A DNA stretch of 64,000 nt, taken from Octopus vulgaris. Lineage: Eukaryota. The position numbers were made by a program, and so were the translations under genes. The stretch covers positions 153,388,001 to 153,452,000 of the forward strand of contig OX597814.1 of assembly GCA_951406725.2 (NCBI GenBank), given 5' to 3'. The notes under the pieces are model-generated. The model saw nothing but the letters and a program-made list of their open reading frames with translations. It was not told the origin of the DNA and searched no databases. Below are positions 12,969 through 23,004 of this stretch, one piece after another. The first letter of the stretch is position 1. The number at the start of each line of letters is the position of its first letter.

Positions 12969-13604
12969 CACATTTATTATGACACAAGACCAATCATAAA
13001 ACATGAGAGAATGTGACCCAGAACTTGAACCTAGGCATATTTGCAATGCTTTACAAGATGTTTAAAAGTGAAAAGGAGGACATTACTTTATAAACAGCAA
13101 AATCTGGAGTTATCAATACCATTATTTATAAGATTGTAGTTTGTAATTCTTCCAACAAGAAAATATTGACCAGAAAGTTTATTAAATATCAAACAGCGAT
13201 GTTGTAATTTAAAAAGCTCCAACTTTTCTCTAGTTTGTTTCATTGTAATAACAGTTTGAAATGAGAAAAAAAAAAATTATAATAATTTTGCAGTGAAAGG
13301 TGGATTTTGTCAAACAATGAATGCAACTAACACAATGCCATTGAAATGTTCAAATAAAAATGTCATTTTCACTAAAATTAAAAATAAAAGAGCAAGTGAG
13401 TAATAGAGAAAATGAGAATGTGTGTGAATAAAGTGGAATGGGAGAGAAAATGACAGAGTGAAGGTGGAGTGGAAAGGGAGAACAGGCTGAATTCTTCATT
13501 ATAATTTATTGCTGAAAGGTTCAAAGAATTTGATTTTCCAGCTTTTATTTTTTGGGAAAAGAAAAATCCAAAGCTTTTACAGTATTCAATTTAAATATTC
13601 TAAA

Positions 13605-13822
13605 ATGGTGGTGAGTGATATCAGTAAATGTACAAATGGTGGTGGTGATAGGGGAGTATATCAATACAAGTATAAATGATTGTGAGTGGAGAAGGATATC
13701 CAGACGTCTACAAATGGTGGGTGATATCAATACATGCATAAATTATGATGGGAGAGATGATATTAAGACCTGTGCAGGTGGCTGTAGTGAAAAAGGAAGA
13801 TATCAGTACATGAACGAATGTC
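13605..13822. repeat. Degenerate minisatellite
   Basis: About 6 imperfect copies of 'gatatcaatacatgtacaaatggtggtg' with variable purine-rich spacers. Confidence 0.7.
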
Positions 13823-13854
13823 AGTGAGAACATGGTTGCAAATAACAAATATAT

Positions 13855-14290
13855 TACGTGCTGGTGCCACATAAAATGCATTTGTGCCAGTGCCATGTAA
13901 AGAGTACCCAGCACACTTTGTGAAGTGGTTGGCATTAGGAAGGGTATCCAGCCATAGAAACCATGCTAAAACAAACTGGAGCCTGGTACAGCTCTCCAGC
14001 TTTGTAGCATGGAAAATGGGCATTAAATGATGATGGTCATCATCATCATCGTTTAACATCCACTTTTCTAAGCTTGCATGGATCAGATGGAATTTGCCAA
14101 AACAAAGTTTTTTAAGGCTGGATGCTCTTCCTATTGCCAACCTTCATTTGTTTCAAAGCAAGGTAATATTTTCCTATTGACATATGTTTTTCCATGGAAG
14201 ACTAAAAGTGAACACTCATACTCATATGACCATGATGCTCATTTACAACCATCATGTGATGTTTTGATAAGAGTACATACAAATGCATAC
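13855..14290. mobile_element. Tail-to-tail pair of RTE-tailed SINE 3' parts
   Basis: The plus-strand copy ends ...gcatggaaaatgggcattaaatgatgatg and the minus-strand copy begins catcatcatcgtttaacatccac. Both carry the 'ggttggcattaggaagggcatccagc' motif. Confidence 0.75.
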
Positions 14291-14788
14291 ACCCAAATAA
14301 TAAACAGTATATATGTAAAAAAAAAAACAAAAACAGTGGAATAATACTGTGTGGTAGCAACAAGCCTTTATTAGCAATCAGACTGTGTGTTCACTCTCAT
14401 TGCTTGACAGTAATCGTTAATGGTTATGATGAATCATGATTTTAAAAAATTAAATAGGAAATAAATTAAACAAAATGCTTCTAAAAAAACAAAAATTGAA
14501 GTTAAAAGTTAATTAAAACAGTCATGTCAGGATAATGCCTAACTTATGGTTAATAAGCTGCTCTACTATTACTGTAAATAATTTGAGGCATCATATAACA
14601 CAAGGAGAAGAGCAATATGTGGGCTATGTATATATGAATTTATCTGAATTAAAAACCTGGAAATCTCCAGTATACACAAGACTTTTTTGCAATGTCCCTA
14701 CATCTTCAGCTTTGTGTCATTCTAAACTTGGATTTCAAATAACATTTTAGTTTTTCAGAACAGCAGTGGTGGTAAGTCTGCAACTTAC

Positions 14789-14931
14789 TGTAGTGACAGA
14801 TTTACAGAACGGCTGTAGTAACAGATCTTTACACAGTCATAAGTCTTCAGAACTGTCATGTTAAGGCTTCAGAACTGCCAGAACGACAAGCCTTCAAATA
14901 ACAAGTTCCATCTTTAAATCTTGATGTTTAT
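14789..14931 (-). other. Candidate exon (143 nt) of the unidentified minus-strand gene
   Basis: Acceptor ...tctgtctattAG (14933-14932) and a perfect GTAAGT donor (14788-14783). If joined in phase 1 to the 19183 donor it reads (D)KHQDLKMELVI*, with the stop at 14896-14894. Confidence 0.4.
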
Positions 14932-16274
14932 CTAATAGACAGACATTAAATTTTTTAGTGCAAAAGTGAGTTGATGAGTGTTTTTTGCCTCATCTATGTA
15001 AGAAAATAAAAAATAATTCCAACTACCAATCAGAACCATCTCAGTTCTGACCATATAGACTTATGATGAAAGGTATTCCAACCATGGCAATCCTATTTTT
15101 CAGTCCCAACAATATTAAGGACTACATTATCCAACGTATTCATTATTCAGAAGGGCAAGCATGCTTTGAGGGTAGTTTGGCTGCTATTTCTAACAGGCAA
15201 ACTAGCCGCATAGAACAGGGCAAAAAAAAAATTATCAGCATCAGAAATTAACTGCAAGTATCATAAACCTCTTGGAATGCCTCTATCTTGCATGGCACAG
15301 TGTGTTCGTTCAGGCTGGAGTTTTGAACTACAAGTGCAATCCATTTAGCAGCCTACTAAACAGTTTCCATCTATCCAGCTATACTGACAGGGCTTTGGTT
15401 AACCTGAGGCTGTGGTAAAAGACCTTTGCCCAAGATACCACTCAGGGGAACCAGATGCAGGGTTGCACGATAACAAAGTGAACTTTTAACCATTCAGTCA
15501 TATAAAAATAGAATTTTAAAAAAATACCATAACAGGCACATTCATGGCTGAGTGGTTAAGAGGCTTGTTTTGTAATCACACAGCATTGTGTTCAGTCCTA
15601 CTGCACAGTACCTTGGGTAACCGTCATCTACTATAGCCGTAGGCAAACCAATGCCTTGTGTAGATGGAAACTGTGTGGAATCCCATCATATATGTGTGTG
15701 TGTGTGTTATCCCACCCTTTCCCCAACCACTTTACAACCAGTGTTGATTTATGTCCTCTGTGACTCAGCAGTTCAGCAAAAGGAGCTAAGAGAATAAGTA
15801 CCAAATTTAAAAAAAAAAGTTCAGCCAAAGGAGCTAAGAGAATAAATACCCAATTTAAAAAAAAAAAAAGTTCTGGGGTTGATTTGTTCAATAAAAACCT
15901 TCAAGGTGGTGCCTAAGTATGACCACAGTCCTATGACTGAAACAAGTAAAAGATAAAAGGTAACAATATATTTGCACAGCTTTCATTTATAGCTTTCTGC
16001 GCTGCATGCTCTTTGACTCCCGTTATTGATACAAAATGGCTGCAAACTAGCAGGAACAGTTTAGTAAGTAAATATTCAGAATTTGCTCAAACCATCCCAC
16101 TGCTGTTGCACAAGTAGTGAAAAATGAATACAAAACAAAATTTAATTAGAAGACATATTTATTTAACAACATCACTCCACCTAGTTCAGAAAATATCTGC
16201 AGGTTTCCAGATTTCACATTCTGAATTGCCTTCCTCACTAATCTCTAACCTATCCCTATACAGATGTTGATTTA

Positions 16275-16672
16275 CTACATTTTCTGGCTTACAAGTCAAT
16301 GCAATATATAGTAATCTGTATATCTTACTTAATGTGGATATACTGTAAGAAAGCATCTTGTACAGATGTATAGTGCTAATGCTTTTTATTTAGTATTATA
16401 CATTTATGCAAGATGCTTTATCAAGATGAATACTGCAGTGTTGTAGTTTCTTACAGCATATCTACATTAAGTAAGATATACAGATTGCTATTATGAACTA
16501 ATACTACTTCCATCACTAATAATGAAAGTAGTATACAGTGTAAACATTCAAACAGTCATTATCTTTCCAAATCCTGATTTATTTCACATGGAATTTTTTG
16601 CCCTCTAAAGTCTTGTTTTATAGGTTGTGTGTAAATTTTAGAAAAATTAGACTTGTAAGCCAGATAATATAG
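16275..16672. mobile_element. Tc2/pogo-type MITE with an internal palindromic insert
   Basis: 23/25-bp inverted repeat including the TA flanks (tactacattttctggcttacaagtc, 16273-16297, vs 16650-16674). It resembles decayed TA-CCGTATTTT...TTATAAGTC TIRs. Confidence 0.65.
16308..16491. repeat. Long imperfect inverted repeat (hairpin, ~70-bp stem)
   Basis: 16308-16352 pairs with 16447-16491 (42/45). An inner arm at ~16350-16379 pairs with ~16390-16419. Confidence 0.9.
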
Positions 16673-16803
16673 TAGACAGATTCGGACTGAACATCAGCTG
16701 CATTGATCTCAAGTTTGGAAGATTGTGCAATCATTACTCATTCTCACAAACAAAAATCTAATGTCTAGTAATGGTTTTCCATAATGGTTATCACTGGCGT
16801 GTG

Positions 16804-17216
16804 CAGTGCTAGATTAGCCATTAAGCAAAATAAGCACGTATTCAGGGCATCAAGGGAAGGGGTGCACCACAGAAATGGTAAATGGTTTATGGCACAAAAG
16901 AAATCACTCTGAACTTGGCTAAAATAATAATCAGGATGCCTTATCTCTACTAAGTATAGAAGTAGATGTGTTATGTAAGATTAATTTTGAGGATTTGATC
17001 AAAGACTTTGCAATCAAAAAAATAAGAAAACTTTTGAAACATAAAGTGGAAGTATAAAAAAATAGACATTTTTCATCCTACTGTTTAGTTTTGTTTCAGT
17101 CTGAAAAATAAATTTATTTTATGGTTTATTATTGTTTATATTTTGAATTACAAAAATATGAGAGCACCAACATCTTTTAAGTGCTTAGGGCCTCTATGGG
17201 TCTTAATCTGGCCTTG
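16804..17216 (+). mobile_element. hAT deletion derivative (413 bp)
   Basis: TIRs cagtgctagatta and taatctggccttg; 8-bp TSD ggcgtgtg / ggagtgtg. It retains a hAT C-terminal dimerisation-like peptide, LSLLSIEVDVLCKINFEDLIKDFAIKKIRK (~16940-17030). Confidence 0.85.
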
Positions 17217-17224
17217 GGAGTGTG

Positions 17225-17773
17225 TAAATGAATCCAAGAAATTTTAGTCACGCTCCTAACTTTAGGTATGTTCTAATGTACTATCTTGCAATCATATATA
17301 TCATAACTTTGATTAACCAAGACATGTAAGATCTTCCATAAGAGTTTCATAATCAAATTTCTTCCAAGTCAGCTGTACATTTTCAGTTTCTTTATTATAT
17401 AATCTACTATATTATTCCATTCATATGTCTAAATGAACCTCTCGCCTCTCTGATGTCGATATACATAGACGGCCTGTGGCTTGAAACAAGTTAAATCTTA
17501 AAGGATACCTATTAGTTTTCTACATAATTCACTACACGTATATGCTAAGACGTTTTTCAAATTCCACAACAAAGAGAGATTTCTACCTTTCTAAATTGAT
17601 CTTAAACGAAACTAGTAATTCCCCACTGGTTCTGGCACTTCATCTTGCTTTCTGGTTTGAACAGTGTCAATGTAAGCTTTTAGTCTCTCTTAACTGGTGC
17701 AGACACTAGATGATTGATTGTTATCCAAAGTTTTGTTTGCAAGATCACCAAGAGCTATTTGTTCTTCTGCCAT
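17225..17773 (-). pseudogene. Decayed ORF, possibly a LINE (L1/Tx1-type) ORF1 relic interrupted by the hAT element
   Basis: Protein-like translation from ATG 17773 (MAEEQIALGDLANKTLDNNQ...) with scattered stops. It appears to continue past the hAT insertion as ...HYGKP plus a possible decayed zinc knuckle. The family assignment is an inference. Confidence 0.3.
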
Positions 17774-18588
17774 AGGCTTAAATTATATAGCCAAAACACT
17801 CAGGTGCACACTGGAGTGTTTGTTTATTTACATACTGCTCTCCCTTGGGGAAGGAGGCACGTTTTGTTCAGCTGCATACATGTGGCAGTACTAACTCATA
17901 ATTCATGGCCTAACATGTTAGCATCTTAATCACTTAGTTATGTCTACTCTAAGCACACATGACTAAATACATGCATGCATACATACAGAGAGATTAGAGC
18001 TATCAATTATATTTTAAAGGATACAATGATATTTCTTTTATTATTCTGAAATATAGCAATGAAAATAGAGTAAAAAAAAAAAAAAAAAACGTAGCATTCC
18101 AACTACAATAGTACAACTTGATACAGAATTTAGAATATCCATTAGAATGACAAAGAAAGTACATGTGATGATTCAGAATGAAATTTCCACTTTCCTACAG
18201 TTAATAGCTAAACAATGGGAAAACCAATACAATGTGAAAAGAAAAATGGCAAAATGATAAACTGCTGAGTGACCCTAGGCTAGAACCTACCTTGTTATCA
18301 AATGAATAAAACTGCTGTATAAAAAAAAAAAAGAAAAAATTCCTAACAAAAAAAAAACCCAGCAAAACAATGAAATACTGACTGCTTTTAAATTTAAAAA
18401 GGTAGCTCAAAGAATTACTTAAGATCTCAGCTGCTTTTGCTAACATTTTTTAATGGAACAGCACAGTTCTCTCCTGAAATTATTTCAATTTCAAGATATT
18501 TGTTATTCTAGAATTAAAACCCAGCAATTATCTTGCAAATAAAAAATATAAAAAAATAAAGACATGAGAGAGAGGAAGCAAAGAGGGT

Positions 18589-18592
<4 letters not shown>

Positions 18593-18669
<77 letters not shown>

Positions 18670-19152
18670 TAAGTTAGAGAAAGTATGAGATAGCATGAAA
18701 AAGGGAAATTGCATAAGGTATAAGACAGTAAGAGAAAGGGGGAACATGTGGAATAGCACAGGAAGGGGAAAGTAGGTAGGATAGTGATAGAAAGGGAGAG
18801 TGTGGGAAAGCAAGAGACAGGGAGAGTATATGGGATAGTGAGAGAAGTGGAGAGCGTACAGGATAGAATGCGAAAGTGTACAGGATAACCAAAGAAAGGG
18901 AATGTGTACTGGGTAAAAAGAGAAAAGGAGCATGGACAGGATAGAAAGAGCACATAATTAAGACAGGAAGAGATAACAAGAGAAAGACAGAATGCATGAG
19001 ATAAAGAGAGGGAGAGCATGTGAGATGACAAGAGTAAACAAGAGACATAGCAAATAGAGCACATGTAGCAGAGAGAGAGAGAGAGCGAGAGGGAAGGAGA
19101 GAGAAAGAGAGAGCGAGAAAGAGAGAGAGAGGGGGAGAGAGAGAAAGAGAGA
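18593..19152. repeat. (AG)n microsatellites bracketing a degenerate purine-rich tract
   Basis: Perfect (AG)n at 18593-18666, interrupted (AG)n at ~19070-19152, and low-complexity purine-rich sequence between them. Confidence 0.92.
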
Positions 19153-19182
19153 GTGTGTGTGCATGCAAGATGTCACAATTAC

Positions 19183-19475
19183 CCAGTTTTTGCTTCTCTG
19201 AGCAAGCTAGAAGCCTAGCATCTTCACCCGAGCTTACTTGTCTGCCCGTCTTCTCATCACTTATGCTGTTTCCTCCACCTGGATCTACATTATCTTCTAC
19301 AGCCAATCTTTCATCTATGCAATGTAAACCTCCCTCTGAATTGTCTTTCTCCACAAATTTTTCCTGAGACATTAAACTGCAGGTGTTTAAACCGAGCACC
19401 ACCCATATGAATCCCAACAAGGCTTGGAGAACTTGCAAAAGTCCTGGACACTGCTCCTTCCTTTTGGCTAAACTA
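19183..19475 (-). CDS. Probable exon of an unidentified minus-strand gene
   Basis: Unique sequence, GC-richer than its flanks. Strong acceptor tttctttttgttgtcAG (19477-19476); possible donors GG|GTAATT (exon end 19183) or CAA|GTAAGC (exon end 19238). One frame is open throughout: SLAKRKEQCPGLLQVLQALLGFIWVVLGLNTCSLMSQEKFVEKDNSEGGLHCIDERLAVEDNVDPGGGNSISDEKTGRQ(VSSGEDARLLACSEKQKL). No family recognised; the 5' part could be UTR. Confidence 0.55.
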
Positions 19476-20921
19476 CTGACAACAAAAAGAAAGTCTCACA
19501 TTACACAGAAGTTCCTGGAATCATAAATAAAATCAGAAGCAATGTAGAAGATATTTTTGGTTTAGTGTAGTCACTAATAGTCTAGTTGTTTTTGACTAAA
19601 CTTTTTCCTTTTAGAATTAAATTGGAAAGACAAGTTGATAAAAAAAAGATTTTTTATGCAGTGAATATAAATTGTCAAATTCATTAAACTGACATTTTCT
19701 CCAGTTAACTTAGAGTATTTCTGTGGTTTTTGTTTCGTTCTTCAAATTGAAAAAAAAAAAAAAAAAAAGAAAAATATTGTGCTCAAGGTTAAATATTGTT
19801 CAATAGAAAGCAAATCTAAAGAAAAGTTCCTGCTTTCATAAAAATAATAAAATCAGAACAAAAAAATTATTTTTTTGAAACCATTTCATTTTGCAGATAC
19901 TTAAGTCAATATTTTCTTTATGTTTTAATTAAAATTATTCTTAAACAGTTTTCCTTATGATAGACTCATATTTCAAAAGTTTCCTATAAAAAAAAAATAT
20001 TAACATATACTTTTTAAAATGTTCACAGAATAGTAATGAGGCAGAAAAACAAACCTTGTGGTTGAATGTTTGGATAATGCTATAATATTTTTAACTTTTA
20101 ATTTTTATAGGGTCTTTGTAATAAACAACATAACTTGAGCTAATTGAATAATACTGATCAAGAATAAACAACAAAATGGGTATTTTGAAATCCAAGTGGA
20201 ACTTGGTAATAGACATGCCATCAAACTTGCCACAACTAATGTTACAGATAAATATTTACACCTCTACCCACCACCATCACACAAAGATATTCCATTTAAA
20301 CATAAAAATATAAAATTTTTAAAGTAGGTGACAGGCAGATAGATCTGAAGAAGGTCTGGCATAGAGAGGAAATATCATTGATGAGGTTGTAAATGGCAAT
20401 GAAAGAACATTGACAAATGTAGCTGATTGATTTATTAAATAAATGATTAATCAAACAATCAACTTAATTGGTTAAATGTGAATGAATTTAATAATAATGA
20501 AAGATGTGAAATAGAACCTGTACATTTGTTTATTATTGGCACAATGACCATCCCTAGATGCAACAAAATCTGCTTCAACACAAGTTCACATCAAGAATGT
20601 TGCAAACCAATCTTAACGTCTACCTATTTTCATTTTCTAAACCACGAAGCTGGGGCAAATGAGAAATTGACAAAAGATGGAAAAGGTTTATACACTCCAA
20701 TTTATAGATACTAATCGTTAATAATCAAAAGTATGTTGAGAATAGTGAACAGTGTAACAAACAAGAAATAACTGAGTGAATACCTGTGAAATTAGGCAAA
20801 ATGCAGGAGTGGAATTCAATGTTATGCAGCACAGTTAAACATTTTAAAGTTCATATAAAAGTTAAATTAGAAATAATTTTACAAGCTTGTAAGTGCATTT
20901 TGTAGATGGAAACTGAAAGAA

Positions 20922-20953
<32 letters not shown>

Positions 20954-21454
20954 CTCCTTGCCTTGACTTCACACGATAATCATAGGTGACTGTTATTATC
21001 ACACACGCAGTGTCATTTGTTTCCAATCTTCTGGCCTGGGGAAATTTTACCTTCATTGAAAACAAGTGAGGGTTGGTGATAGGGAAGGCATCCAGCAATA
21101 GAAAATCTATTGCAACAAATTCTGTCTAACCCATGCAAGCATGAAAAAATAGATGTTATGATGATTATGATCATCATCATGACTATTATATCTTGATCAT
21201 ACTATTAGTGTAGATACTGAACTGTTTAGCACCAATGATGATGAGTACGTCAAAATCCTTTCAACATTAAATGTTATTGCAATGTTTAAGGTGATGACAT
21301 TATATAACTATTGACATAGTATTACAAAAGAGTCACAAAAGAAGCCAAAAAAAAAAAACCCCACATCAGTTACGTAAAAGTAAGCATTTTCAGCTGTTTT
21401 TTAGTTTATTTTTTAAAAATTTAAATTGCTATGTTGAATCAAAACCCTATATCA

Positions 21455-21890
21455 TGATCATCATCATCATCATTGTATTTTTACGTCTGTTTTCCATCAA
21501 CTTTTATATGCTTGTATGGATCAGATGGAGTCTATTGAGGCAGATTTCATATGGTCAGATGCCTTTTCTATTGCCAACCTGCACTTACTTTCAAGTAAGG
21601 TAATATTTTCCTTTGGTCAAATATGTTTACACAGAATACTGGAAATGGGTGACACTACTTGTATAGCAATAACAAACCTATTGCACAATGTCAAGACAAG
21701 AAGACACAAACATACACACATATATACAACAGTCCCCTTTCAGTTTCCATCTACCAAATTCACTCACAGAGCTTTGGTTGGCACAAGACTACAGAAGACA
21801 CTTGTCCAAGACACCATGCGATGAGACTGAACCTGAAAACCATGTGGTTAGGAAGGAAGCTTTTTAATTTCAAAACACCCGTGTCTATAT
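21455..21890 (-). mobile_element. Chimeric SINE: family A head with an RTE-related (GAT)n tail
   Basis: The tRNA head and central domain match family A, but after the internal microsatellite it carries the 'ggttggcaa..ggaagggcatc' module and a (GAT)n end. Similar copies at ~30090-30458(+) and 41950-42290(-), and a split copy at 7175-8892(-). Confidence 0.75.
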
Positions 21891-22940
21891 AGAATAGGTA
21901 TTAAATGAGATATCCAATTAATTAATAGCAGTTAGAACTTCAACTGTAAACTTTTAAATCAATGTCTGTCTAGAAATCTATTCAAAATGTTCTTAACTTA
22001 TGAGATAGATACAATTTGTAAGAGTGTTTTGGATATTTTCTTAAAAGTGCATTTCGATGACTCCCACGGTGAAGATCAGAATAAGATATCAGAAAATAAA
22101 TGATATCAGTTCAAGTAGAGACAGACTCATAGACTAGAATATCGGTAATTGTAAAAGATTCCTAGCTCATAGATCAATCAGCCTGAATAATGAGATGCTT
22201 TTATTTCAGCATAACTTTTTTGGTTATGATAGGGAAACCTGCAATACTCTTACATTTCAGAGAACAAATATTGTTTACAATTTACAAGACAACTTATTTT
22301 CTAAATCTCTCTATAAAAACTAGTTTTGGAATATTGAATGTAAAATTTTCAAATAGGCTTTTTGTAAAAAGGTTTAGATTGGACATTTTACAATATTTCA
22401 GCAAACAAATGAATTGAAGAGAACAAGAAAAAATTGAAAAACTTAAGGAGAAAAAAAAAAAAAGAAAATTCTCTTCCCAACTGATGTAGTTATTTCAGTT
22501 GTGAAGACTTTAATTAGATTCCAGCAAATTTGATCTATATTTTTAGCCATGATAATCCTATCTCAGCTGTAGATATAATGTCCTAAGTTCTAAGGTCTTC
22601 TTTGCATGCGATTCCTGTCTTCAAGCAAGGAATTTTTGCAACTATTTAGAGTAGATTGAATAATTATGAAGAATACTTTCTAGCTGACCAAAACAGTATA
22701 TAACATCAACTTTAAAAATTACCCAATGAAAGAGTATCTATGTTGTTGTTCAACCAGCTAGAAATATAAGCCAAATGTCCCTCACACCACACATTGTCTA
22801 CAAAAAACCGCTCATTCAGAAAATGTAGAAACATTAGGCATAAACGGCATGATAGAAGATCTTGGCTAAAATGCTTTTGATCATAGGTCTACTCAGCATT
22901 AATAGCTACACAAGAGTCACACTTTGCATTTGTTACTAAC

Positions 22941-23004
22941 CATCAACAGAATTGACCAAACCTGCATCTTGTATCTGTGCTGCAGCCATCTCCAGTTTTC
23001 ATTC
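22941..23004 (-). CDS. Weak candidate small exon
   Basis: Acceptors at 23006-23005 or 23019-23018, donor G|GTTAGT (22940-22935), and an ATG in good context (gagATGG, 22989) giving MAAAQIQDAGLVNSVD. No homology recognised. Confidence 0.25.

Noticed and set aside
14771-14789. GTAAGT donor motifs on both strands forming a 6-bp inverted repeat
   Set aside because: Too short to distinguish from chance.
15769-15880. ~49-bp direct duplication
   Set aside because: A local slippage duplication inside a SINE copy; two units with no spacers, so not CRISPR-like.
18514-19176. Long Ser/Leu-rich ORFs, including the C-terminal part of the 254-aa ORF 18674..19438
   Set aside because: They are read-through into (CT)n low-complexity sequence; only the part above 19183 looks exonic.
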